A stretch of 64,000 bases of DNA from Mobula hypostoma (taxonomy: Eukaryota): assembly GCF_963921235.1 (NCBI RefSeq), contig NC_086097.1, positions 19,594,001 to 19,658,000 on the forward strand, in the 5' to 3' direction. The notes under the pieces were generated by a model. The model was not told the DNA's origin, did no database searches, and saw only the letters and a program-made list of their open reading frames with translations. Position 1 is the stretch's first letter, and every line of letters starts with the position of its first letter. The position numbers and the translations under genes are program-made. Positions 26,962 through 39,030 of the stretch are shown here, one piece after another.

Positions 26962-29900
26962 CACAATTCAAGATCACAAGACAAAGGAGCAGAAGTAGGT
27001 CATTCGGCCCATCGAGTCTGCTCCACAGCTCCCCCATTAGCTAAACTATTCACCCATCTAGTTCCAATTTCCGGCTTTTTCCCCATATCCCTTGATACCC
27101 TGACTAATTAGATACCTGTCAATCTCCTCCTTAAACACCCTCAATGATCGGGCCTCCACAGCTGTATGTGGCAACAAATTCCACAAATCCATGACCCTCT
27201 GGCTAAAAAAATTCTCATCTCTGTTTTAACTGGGTACCCTCTAATTCTAAGACTATGGCCTCTTGTCCTGGACTCACCCACCAAGGGATACAAACTTTCC
27301 ACATCTACTCTGTCCAACCCTTTCAACATTCGAAATGTTTCTATGAGATCCCCTCTCATTCTTCTATACTCCAATGAATACAGTCCAAGAGCCGACAAAC
27401 GCTCCTCATATGTTAGCCCCTGCATTCCAGGAATTATCCTCGTAAGTCTTCTCTGAACTCTCTCCAACATCAGTACATTCTTTCTAAGATAGGGGGCCCA
27501 AAACTGCACACAGTATTCCAAATGAGGTCTCACTAATGCCCCATAGAGCCTCATCAACACCTCCTTACTCTTATACACTATTCCTCTTGAAATGAATGCC
27601 AACATAGCATTCGCTTTCCTTACCGCTGATCCAGCTTGGTGGTTAACCTTTAGGGTATCCTGCATGAGGACCCCCAAGTCCCTTTGCACTTCCGATTTTT
27701 GAATTTTCTCCCCATCTAAATAATAATCTGCCCGATTATTTCTTCTTCCAAAATGTACAACCGTACATTTGTCAACGTTGTATTTCACCTGCCATTTCTT
27801 TGCCCACTCTCCTAAACTGACTAAGTCTCTCTGCAACCTTTCCGTTTCTTCAACGTTTCCTGCTCCTCCACCTATCTTGGTGTCATCCGCAAATTTAGCC
27901 ACAAAACCATTTAATCCATAATCCAAATCATTGATATACATCATAAAAAGAAGCGACCCCAACACCGACCGTTGCGGAACACCACTAGTAACCGGCAACC
28001 AATCAGAATAGGATCCCTTTATTCCCACCCTTTGCTTTCTGCCTATCAGCCAATGCTCCACCCATTTCAATATCTTTCCTATAATTCCATGGGCTCTCAT
28101 CTTATTAAGCAGCCTCATATGCGGCACCTTATCGAAGGCCTTTTGAAAATCCAAATACACAACATCCACAGCCTCTCCCTTGTCAATCTTATTCGAGATT
28201 ACCTCAAAAAATTCCAATAGGTTGGTGAGGTAGGATCTTCCCTTCATGAAACCATGCTGGCTTCGGCCTATCTTGTCATGCACCTTGAGGTATTTCATAA
28301 CCTCATCCTTGAGGATTGACTCTAATATCTTTCCAACTACTGATGTCAGACTAATAGGTCTGTAATTTTCTTTTTGCTGCCTCCTTCCTTTCTTAAATAA
28401 CGGAACTACATTTGCGACCTTCCAGTCCTCCGGAACCATGTCAGAGTCTATTGATTCCTAGAAGATCATTTCCAATGTTTCCACAATCTCCAAAGCCACC
28501 TCCTTCAGAACCCATGGGTGCACCTCATCCGGACCGGGAGACTTATCTATTCTTAGACCACTTAGCTTCCCAAGCACTTTCTCTCTAGTAATCTTGACTG
28601 TACCTAATTCTATTCCCTGATACCTCTGGCTATCAGGTATATTGCTCATGTCTTCCACTGTGAAGACTGATGCAAAATACTCATTCAGTTCCTCTGTCAT
28701 CTCTTTGTTATCCATTATAATTACTCCAGCATCATTTTCAATCGGTCACATATCTACCCTTGTCACTCTTTTACTCTTCATATATTTAAAAAAAACTCTT
28801 AGTATCCTTTTTTATGTTAATCACCAACTTCCTTTCATAATTCATCTTTTTTTTCCTAATGACTTTCTTAGTTTCCTTCTGTAAGTTTTTAAAAGTCTTC
28901 CAGTCCTCATTTTTCCCACTAATTTTTGCTTCCTTGTACGCCGTTTCTTTTGCTTTTATTTTTGCCTTAACCTCTCTCGTTAGCCACATTTTGTGCTATT
29001 TTTCCATTCATGATTTTCTTTTTTCTTGGAATATATTTTTCCTGCATTTTCCTTATTTCTTGTAGGAATTTCATCCAATTCTGCTCTGCCATCCTTCCAT
29101 TTAGTTTACTTTTCCTATCAACTTGGGCCAGTTCCTCTCTCATACCACTGTAATTTCCCCTGTTCCACTGAAATATCGATACACCTGATACCAGCTTCTC
29201 CTTTTCAAATTTGAAACTGAACTCAATCATATTATGATCACTACTTCCAAGGGGTTCCTTTACCTCCAGCTCCCTAATCGCCTCAGGTTCATTACACAGC
29301 ACCCAACCCAAAACAGCCGGTCCCCTGGTGGGCTTCTGGACAAGCTGCTCCAAAAAGCCATCCTGTAGGCATTCTACAAACTCCCTCTCCTGAGATCCAG
29401 TACCTTCCTGACTTTCCCAATCCACTTTCATATTAAAATCCCCCATAATTATCTTGACATTTTCCTTCTGACATGCTTTTTCTATTTCCAGCTGCAATTT
29501 GTAGTCCACATCCCGGCTGCTGTTTGGAGGCCTGTATATAACTGCTATCAGTGTCTTTTTACCCTTGCCATTTCTTAATTCTACCCATAAGGATTCTACC
29601 TCTTCTGATCCTACGTCCCTTCTTTCTATTGATTTGATATCGTTACTTACCATCAGGGCCACGCCACCCCCTTTACTTACCTTCCTAGCAAGGTCATCCA
29701 CTTTATTTCTAATGCTGCCTGCATTTAAGTACAGTACATTTAGATCAGTATCTGTTGCTGATTTTGCTATATTTCTATTTTGCAGCAAATTATCCTGTAT
29801 ATTCACCGGCCTGTCCTTCTTGCCATCTTTGCCGCACAGTATTTTTGACTTATTTCTATTTTCCTCTTCCTCGACCCTAACACCTTGGTTTCCTTCTCCC

Positions 29901-31025
29901 TGCCAACTTAGGTTAAACCCTCCCTAACAGCTATATTAAACAATCCCGCCAGGATATTAGTACCTTTTGGGTTCAGGTGTAATCCATCTTTTTTGTATAA
30001 GTCATACCTTCCCCAAAATAGATCCCAATGATTCAAGAATTTGAAGCCCTGCCCCCTGCACCAGTTACTTAGCCACATATTCATCTGCTTAATTCTGCTA
30101 TTCTTACCATCATTAGCGCGCAGCTCAGGCAGAAATCCTGATATTATTACTCTGGAAGTCCAGCTTTTCAATTTTCTTCCTAGCTCCCAGTAATCTTTCT
30201 TCAGGACCTCCTTTCTTTTTCTGTCTATGTCATTGGTACCAACATGTACCAAGACTTCCGGCTGCTCGCCCTCTCTCCTCAGAATACTCTGGACTCGATC
30301 TGAGACATTCTGTACCTGGGCACCAGGGAGGCAACACACCATCCGGGTATCCTTGTCCGGCTCGCAGAATCTCTTGTCCGTCCCCCTTACAATGGAATCC
30401 CCTATAACTCCCGCATTTCTTCTTGCTCTCTTTTAATTTAGCACTGGGCAGAATGCCAGAGTCTCGTTCACTGTGGTCTTCCTCTGTCAGGTCTGCCTCT
30501 CCAACAGTATCCAAAACGATGTATCGATTTCTGAGGGGGACTGTCACAGGGGTGCTATCCACTACCTCTCTATAGGTAGTATCTATCACCTCCTCACTTT
30601 CCCTAATTAGCCGAAGGTCATCAATTTCTATCTCAAGCTCCTTAACACGGTCCTTCAGGAGCCTCATCTCAGTGCACCTGGTGCAGATGTACTCCTTGGG
30701 GAGGCTGGGAGTCTCCCAGGGTCCCCACATCTGGCACTCCAAGCACAACACTAATCCTAGATGCATACCTCTAATGCTACTGTTTGTACTACCAAAAAAC
30801 TGTAACTTACTCCGTTACTATGAGACTCAACGGTTGCAGGAAGCCTCTTCCCGTCTCCGCCGAAGCCCGTTGAGCCAAAGCCCTTTCACTCTGCACCCTC
30901 TCACCCCGCAGTCCGCTCCGACGCTGCCCGCTGGATATGGCGATTTTCTTTTTAAACTGTTCGCGTTCAACTGGCTGACGTCACGCGCCTGCGCAGTCTG
31001 GCCTCTCTCCTACTCCAAGAAATAA
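26962..31025 (-). mobile_element. Near-full-length CR1 LINE (~4.06 kb), inactivated by frameshifts
   Basis: ORF1: CLECQMW/CTRC zinc finger + coiled coil + SGNH esterase (CLPGA, HVGTND, DGLHLN) at 30766-29908. ORF2: APE (YRPPNS, MGDFN, SSDHN) and RT (GVPQ, FADDTK) at 29806-27141. Possible TSD AACTT at 26957-26961 and 31026-31030. Confidence 0.92.
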
Positions 31026-31127
31026 AACTTGCCACAGTTCTTCTGCAGACTTTGTCTTGCTTGTTTCTGTCACTCCAGGTAACCAAATTTCAAAGTTCAA
31101 AGTACATTTATTATCAAAGTATGTATT

Positions 31128-31673
31128 GGGGTGTATGGGGTGTCAGGGAGGGGTAGCACCTCTGGTGGGGGAACATGTCGCATCCTTTTCAAGGCGGTTA
31201 GTCCACCTTTGGTCCCCACCTGGCACTCAGCTCTCACCTGTGGCTCCCCGTAGCTGTTTGCATGCGACAGCGGTCACACCCCGGGCAACGGCTTTGACAA
31301 GCCGGCTAAACCAGGTGAGGGTAGCCGACGGGTCCAGATAGGGAGTTGCCTATCCCAGCATGTGAAGACAGACTCTGGCGGATTGAGCAGACGAGAGCAA
31401 TGGAAGGTCCAACGGTCAAGAAGGCGGTTTCTGCAAGCATTGTGGAGTGTGTAGAGCAGGACAAGACTCAGAAGACGTCCTGGTCATCCACTGCACCTAG
31501 TTCCATCTCCAGTCATCTTGACTCTTGTCTTGCCACTGGATTCAGATGGGAATTGGGAAGAGAGAGTGAGGCTGATGCTACGCAACTCTCACTCACTTAA
31601 ATCCAAATCACGCGCTAGTCTCGACACCATCATAATGGTGTCGAGGTCTTCATCGATGACAATGGATGAACAC
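31128..31673 (+). mobile_element. Unclassified non-autonomous retroelement (546 bp, possibly RTE-mobilised)
   Basis: 7-bp direct repeat ATGTATT at 31121-31127 and 31674-31680 interrupting a Rex-type tail; no credible ORF; 3' stem-loop. Confidence 0.55.
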
Positions 31674-32699
31674 ATGTATTCTATACATGACCTTGAGATT
31701 CTTCTTACAGGCAGCCACAAAAAACAGAACCGCAATAGAACTCATTAAAAGAAGAACGTCAAACACCCAATGTGCAGAGAGAAAAAAAAACAAATCATGC
31801 AAACAATAAAAGTAAGCAAATAGTATTCAGAACTGAAATTCACTAAAGTGAGTCCACAGTCATCGCTGCAGGCGTTCCAAGTGCCCGTTAGTTGCAGACC
31901 ACAGGCTTAGTTCTGTGCAGACAGAAATAGACTGTTTAAAACAGAAATTTATTGTTTGGTTTGTGACCAGCACGTTGTCACTGTACTTCACCAACGCCAT
32001 CTTAATGCCAGGCAGCCTCAATAATGTTGAGATCAGGGCTCTGCGGAGGCCATACCATATGAAACCATATTAAAAAATCTAACGTGCCTAAGACAGTACT
32101 GTATATCATGAAATTTGTTGTTTTGCAGCAATAGTACAGTGCAAAGAAATAAAATTACTATAAATTACAAAATAAATAAATAGAGCAAATAAAAAGTTCA
32201 AAGTTCGAAGTAAAATTTATTGTCAGAGTACATACATATCACCACATACAACCCCGAGATTCTATTTCTCCAAGTATATTTAGCAAATCTATAGAACAGT
32301 AACTGTAAACAGGATCAATGGACAGTTAACTGTGCAAATGTAGATATAAGTAAATAGCGCAATAGGTAACGAGCATTAAAAAAAACAAGATAAATCGTCC
32401 TTAAATTGAGATTCTTAGATCAAGCAGCATCTGTGGAAAAGAGTACAGTCGACGTTTCAGGCCGAGACACTTCCTGCAGATGCTGGAGGAACTCAGCAGA
32501 CCAGGCAGCATCCATGGAAGAGTACAGTCCACATCTCGGCCCGAATCTGAATCAGAATCAGGTTTAGTATCACCGTCATATGTTGTGAAACTTGTTGTTT
32601 TGCAGCAGCTGTACATTACAATTCACAATAATAAAAATTGTAATTTACGGTAAGAAGTACACATATATATTTTATAAGTTAAACTAAGTAAGTAGTATA

Positions 32700-33976
32700 A
32701 GAACAGGTCAACAGCAGACGCAATCTCAATGGCTCTCCACACGGCTTTAGACCACCTAGACAGCACAAACACCTATGTCAGGATGCTGTTCATCGACTAT
32801 AGCTCAGCATTTAATGCCATCATTCCCACAATCCTGACTGAGAAGTTGCAGAACCTGGGCCTCTGTACCTCCCTCTGCAATTGGATCCTCAGCTTTCTAA
32901 CCAGAAGACCACAATCTATGCGGACTGGTGATAACATCTCCTCCTCACTGACTATCAACACTGGCGCACCTCAGGGGTATGTGCTTAGCCCACTGCTCTA
33001 CTCTCTATACACACATGACTGTGTGGCTAGGCATAGCTCAAATACCATCTATAAATTTGTTGTTGATACAACCAATGTTGGTAGAATCTCAGCTGGTGAC
33101 GAGAGGGCGTACAGAAGTGAGATATGCCAACTAGTGGAGTGGTGCTGCAGCAACACCCTGGCACTCAACGTCAGTAAAACGAAAGAGCTGATTGTGGACT
33201 TCAAGAAGGGTAAGACGAAGGAACATGTATCAATCCTCATAGAGGGATCAGATGTGGAGAGAGTGAGCAGTTTCAAGTTCCTCAGTGTCAAGATCTCTGA
33301 GGATCTAACCTGGTCCCAACATATCGATGTAGTCATAAGGAAGGCAAGACAGTGACTATACTTTATTAGGAGTTTGAAGCGATTTGGCATGTCAACAAAT
33401 ACACTTAAAAATTTCTATAGTTGCACCATGAACAGCATTCTGACAGGCTGCATCACTGTCTGGTATGGAGGGGCTACTGCACAGGACTGAAAGAAGCTGA
33501 GGAAGGATCTAAATCTAGTCAGCTCCATCTTGGGCACTATCCTACAAAGTATCCAGGACATCTTTAGGGAATGGTGTCTCAGAAAGGCAGCGTCCATTAT
33601 TAAGGATCTCCAGCACCCAGGACATGCATTTTTCTCACTGTTACCATCAGGTAGGAGGTACAGAAACCTGAAGGCACACACTCAGCGATTCAGGAACAGC
33701 TTCTTCCCCTCTGTCATCCAATTCCTAAATGGACTTTGAATCTTTGAACACTACCTCATTTTTTAACATACAGTATTTCTGATTTTGCACATTTAAAAAA
33801 ATCTATTCAATATACGTAATTGATTTACTTGTTTATTTATTATTATGTTTTATTTTATGTATTATTATTTTTTCTCTCTCTGCTAGATTATGTATTGCAT
33901 TGTACTGCTGCTACTAAGTTAACGAATTTCACATCACAGGCCGGTGATAATAAACCTGATTCTGATTCGGATTCTG
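32700..33976 (+). mobile_element. Rex1/Babar-type LINE 3' part, same subfamily as 1-1081
   Basis: ORF 32729-33355 ([25 protein letters not shown]); high identity by eye to 1-1081 including 3' UTR. Confidence 0.88.
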
Positions 33977-35627
33977 AAGAAGTGTTCATGGGTTCAACAT
34001 CCATTCAGAAATCGGATGGCAGTGGGGAAAAAGCTGTATTTGAATCATTGACCGTGTGCCTTAAGGCTGCTGTACCTCCTCCCTGCCGATAGTAACGAGA
34101 AGAGGGCAAGTCCTGGGTGACGGGAGTCCTTGATGATGGATAGGTGCCACCTTTTTGAGGGATTGCTCCTTGAAGTTGTTCTGGATGCTTTGGAGGTTAG
34201 TGCCCATCATGTGGCATTCACAAGAAAAACATAAACTTAACATCATTATACACAACTTCAACAAGAAAAAAAAATTAGAAAAATTAGAAAACAAATGTCC
34301 ATTATAATGCAAGGTGGTCAAAGTGCTCATGGTGTCGCTAAACAGAGTTTGTGGTGCCTGTTACAGATATTCCATGCCTCAAAATCATACCGGAGGGCTG
34401 GGGTCGGTGCTGTCTGGTAGACCTCATCTTCATGTTGAGATCAAGCCTCAAACCAACATTAATTTCTACCTAAACGCTTTAAAATCCACACATAGCAGAG
34501 CAGTTAGCGTAGTCAATGTACAGCACCAGCGATCACTAAACCGGTTCCAATTCCTGCCACTGTATGTAAGGAGTTTGTACCTTCTCCCTGTGACTTCATG
34601 GGTTTCCTCCAGGTGCTCTGGTTTCCTCCCACAGTTGGCTATGGGTTAGGATTAGTAAATTGTGGGCATGCTATGTTGGCCCTGGAACCATGATACAATT
34701 GCAGGCTGCCCCCAGCATAACCCTTCATATTTTGATTTGACGCAAATGACCATTTCATTGTATGTTTTGTATTTCGATGTACATGTTACTACCCCTCAAC
34801 CATCAGGCTCTGGAACAAAAGGTGATAACTACACACTCGAGGACTCTTTCATCTTGCTATTTCATTCTTGCTTATCACTGCTTATTTATATCTGCATTTG
34901 CACAGTTTTTTTTGTCCACAGTTTACAGTTCTGTTCTATAGATTGGCTACGTATGCTCACAGAAAAAGAATCTCGGGGTTGTATGTGGTGACATATATAT
35001 ACTCTGATAATAAGTTTTACTTTGAACTTTGAAAATGTGATAAATAAATCTATTCTTCTATCATTAATCTTGTAATTTTATTGTGTGCCACAAGGTGGCA
35101 AACATCATTTCTATGGACTCGTTGAGATCTCAACTCTCCTCATGTCCACATTATTTTGAAGTTAAGCTGATAGTTATTGGCAGTAAAGCTCCAAATGTGT
35201 TTTATTTCTTGGAGCAATATAGCCGTCATGCAGACTTTCTAGAAAACATGAATAAATCACTGAAAATTGTATTTTTAATTCAAGATGTGGATATATTGGG
35301 TTGGCATGGCAACTGTTCGGCAGGTGACCACAAGAAACAGCGGAGAGTTGTGGACACAGCTCAGCACATCACGGAAATCAGCCTCCCCTCCACGGACTCT
35401 GTCTACACTTCTCGCTGCCTGGTAAGGCAGCCAGAATAATCAAAGACCCCAACCACACTGGACAGTCTCTCTTCTCTGCTCTTCCATCGGGCAGAAGATA
35501 CGTGTACCAGCAGGCTCAAGGGCAACTTCTATCCTGCTGTTATCAGACTCCTGAACAGACATCTTGAACAATAAGATGGACTCTTGGACTAGTACCAATA
35601 GCTGCAGAAACCAGTATTATTGCCCAT

Positions 35628-36480
35628 CAACACACACAAAATGCTGGAGGAACTCAGCAGGCCAGGCAGCATCTACGGAAAAAAAGTACAGTCAATGTTT
35701 TGGGCCGAGACCCTTCGGCAGGACTGGAGAAAAAAAGATGAAGAGTAGGTTTAAAAGGTGGGGGAGGGGAGAGGGAAACACAAGGTGATAGGTGAAACCG
35801 GGAGGGGGAGGGATGAAGTAAATAGCTGGAAGTTGATTGGTGAAGGAAATACAGGGCCGGAGAAGGGGCAGTTCGATAGGTGAGGTCAGAAGGCCATGGA
35901 AGAAAGTAAAGGGGTGGGGGGAGCACCAGAGGGAGGCGATGGGCAGGCAAGGAGATAAGGTGAGAGAAGGAAAAGGGGATGGGGACTGCTAGAGGAGAGA
36001 GCGGAGGTGGCCAATTCTGGAGGCCACTCAAACGGAATATAAGGTGTTGTTCCTTCAACCTAAGTGTGGCCTCATCACGACAGTAGAGGAGGCCATGGAT
36101 TGACATATCGGAATGGGAATGGAAAGTGGAATTGAAATGGATGGCCACTGGGAGATCCCGCCTCTTCTGGCAGATGGAGTGTGGGTGCTCAGTGAAACGT
36201 TCACAGGCCGGGCAACATCTACAGAAAAACACACAGTCAACGTTTTGAGCTGAGACCCCTTCGGCAGGACTGGGGAAATAAAGATGAGGAGTAGATTTAA
36301 AATGTGGAAGAGAGGACAGAGAAATACCAGATGAAAGGCGAAACCGGGAGGGGGAAGGATGAAGCAAATAGCTGGGGAGTTGAATGGTGAGAGAGATACT
36401 GGGCTGGTGAAGAAGTTCGTCCAGCGTTTTGTGTGCGTTTCTTGGATTTTCAGAATTTGCAGATTCTCTCTTGTTTGTGA
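35628..36480 (-). mobile_element. Composite Penelope-like fragments: two tandem termini around a GIY-YIG 3' piece
   Basis: RFTEH..CQKRRDLPVAIHFNSTFHSHSDMSIHGLLYC; two hammerhead-like motifs at 35690-35725 and 36235-36271. Confidence 0.75.
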
Positions 36481-36619
36481 TTTATTGACCATCTTTAATT
36501 TCCTTTGGGAATCATGGTAATGGTATGAAGAAAAAAGGCTTCATAAACTCTTGGTATACAAAGTGTGGCATAGTCTGCAGCTAGTGGACCCTCTGCCTAA
36601 AGATGACAAAGACTTTAAT

Positions 36620-37335
36620 GCATTTTCTGAACAACAGTGTGGACTATTATCTAAATGGGGAGAGGGTTCTAACATCAGAAGCACAGAGGGTCTTGGGAGT
36701 CCTCGTACAAAACTTACAGAAGGTTAATATACAGATTGAGTTTGTGGTAACGAAGGCAAATGCAATGTTGGCCTTCACTTCAAGGGAAATAGAATATAAA
36801 AGTAAGGAGATAATGCTGAGGATTTATAAGACAATCGTCAGGCTGCACTTGGAATATTGTCAACAATTTTGGACCCCATATCTCAGAAAGGATGTGTTGC
36901 CACTAGAGAGAGTCCAGAGGAGGTTCATGAGGATGATTCCGGGAATGAATGGGTTAACACACGAGGCGTGTTTGGCAGCTTTGGGCCTGTACTCACTGGA
37001 ATTTAGAAGAATGCAGCGGGGATCTCATTGAAACCTACTGAATGCTGAAAGGACTAGATAGGGTGGATGTGTAGAGGATGTTTCAGATGGTCGGGGTGTC
37101 TAGAACAAGAGGGCACAGCCTCAGAATTGAGGGGCCACCTTTTAGAACAGAGTTAAGGAGGAATTTTTTTTAGCCAGAGCGTAGTGAATCTGTGGAACGC
37201 TCTGGCACAGACTGTGGTGGAGGCCAAGTCCGGGAGTATATTTAAGACGAAAGTTGATTGTTTCCTGATTGGTCAAGGCATCAAAGGATATGGCGAGAAG
37301 GCAGGTGTGTGGGGTTGAGTGGGATCCAGGACAGG
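36620..37335 (+). mobile_element. CR1 LINE 3' fragment
   Basis: ORF 36603-37031 (KANAMLAF, HLEYCQQFWTPYLRKD). Confidence 0.85.
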
Positions 37336-37336
37336 G

Positions 37337-39030
37337 ACATAGAAACATAGAAAATAGGTGCAGGAGTAGGCCATTCGGCCCTTCAAGCCCGCACCGCCAT
37401 TCAGTATGATCATGGCTGATCATCCAACTTAGAACCCTGTACCTGCCTTCTCTCCATACTCCCTGATCCCTTTAGCCACAAGGGCCCTATCTAACTCCCT
37501 CTTAAATATAGCCAATGAACTGGCCTCAACTGTTTCCTGCAGCAGAGAATTCCACAGATTCACCACTCTCTGTGTGAAGAAGTTTTTCCTCATCTCGGTC
37601 CTAAAAGGCTTCCCCTTTATCCTCAAACTGTGACCCCTCGTTCTGGACTTCCCCAACATCAGGAACAATCTTCCTACATCTAGCCTGTCCAATCCCTTTA
37701 GAATTTTATACATTTCAATAAGATCTCCCCTAAATCTTCTAAATTCCAGAGAGTATAAGCCTAGTCGATCCAGTCTTTCATCATATGAAAGTCCTGCCAT
37801 CCCAGGAATCAATCTGGTGAACCTTCTTTGTACCCCCCCATGGCAAGAATGTCTTTCATCAGATTAGGGGACCAAAACAGCACACAATACTCCAGGTATG
37901 GTCTCACCAAGGCCTTGTACAACTGCAGTAGTACCTCCCTGCTCCTGTACTCGAATATTCTTGCTATGAATGCCAGCATACCATTCACCTTTTTCACCGT
38001 CTGCTGTACCTGCATGCCCACTTTCAATGACTGGTGTACAATGATACCCAGGTCTCATTGCACCTCCCCTTTTCCTAATCGGCCACCATTCAGATAATAA
38101 TCTATATTCCTGTTCTTGCCATCAAAGTGGATAACCTCACATTTATCCACACTAAATTGCATCTGCCATGAATTTGCCCACTCACCTAACCTATCCAAGT
38201 CACCCTGCATCCTCTTAGCATCCTCCTCACAGCTAACACTGCCGCCCAGCTTCATGTCATCCGCAAACTTGGAGATGCTGCATTTAATTCCCTCATCTAA
38301 GTCATTAATATATATTGTAAACAACTGGGGTCCCAGCACTGAGCCTTGTGGTACCCCACTAGTCACTGCCTACCATTCTGAAAAGGTCCCATTTATACCC
38401 ACTCTTTGCTTCCTGTCTGCCAACCAATTCTCCACCCACACCAATACCATACCCCCAATACCCTGTGCTTTAAGTTTGCACACTAATCTCCTGTGTGGGA
38501 CCTTGTCAAAAGCCTTTTGAAAATCCAAATATACCACATCCACTGGTTCTCCCCTATCCACTCTGCTAGTTACATCCTCAAAAAATTCTATGAGATTCTA
38601 TGAGATTTCCTTTCCCAAATCCATGCTGACTTTGTCCGATGATTTCACCGCTTTCCAAATGTGCTGTTATCACATCTTCGATAACTGACTCTAGCATATG
38701 CCCCACCACCGACGTCAGGCTAACCGGTCTATAATTCCCCGGTTTCTCTCTCCCTCCTTTTTTAAAAAGCGGGGTTACATTAGCCACCCTCCAATCCTCA
38801 GGAACTAACCCAGAATCTAAAGAGTTTTGAAAAATTATCACTAATGCATCCACTATTTCTTGGGCTACTTCCTTAAGCACTCTGGGATGCAGACCATCTG
38901 GCCCTGGGGATTTATCTGCCTTTAATCCCTTCAATTTACCTAACACTACTTCCCTACTAACATGTATTTCCCTCAGTTCCTCCATCTCACTAGACCTTCG
39001 GTCCCCTACTATTTCCGGAAGATTATTTTT
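37337..39030 (-). mobile_element. CR1 LINE ORF2 (RT) 3' half
   Basis: ORFs 38578-38985, 38370-38561, 38055-38366 (SGVPQGSVLGP, FADD), 37809-38027, 37429-37812. Confidence 0.9.

Larger units (their letters stand above)
26700..32103 (-). mobile_element. Tc1/mariner remnant split by CR1 and other insertions (pieces approx. 26700-26961, 31026-31085, 31980-32103)
   Basis: Sequence appears to run on across the CR1 (...GGGGAACTT | AACTTGCCACAGTTCTTCTGCAGAC); degenerate inverted ends TACTGTGCAGATGTCTTACGCAC / GTGCCTAAGACAGTACTGTA. Confidence 0.5.

Noticed and set aside
29908..30342. SGNH hydrolase ORF as a host or horizontally acquired enzyme
   Set aside because: Sits in the ORF1 position of a CR1 element, where esterase domains are known
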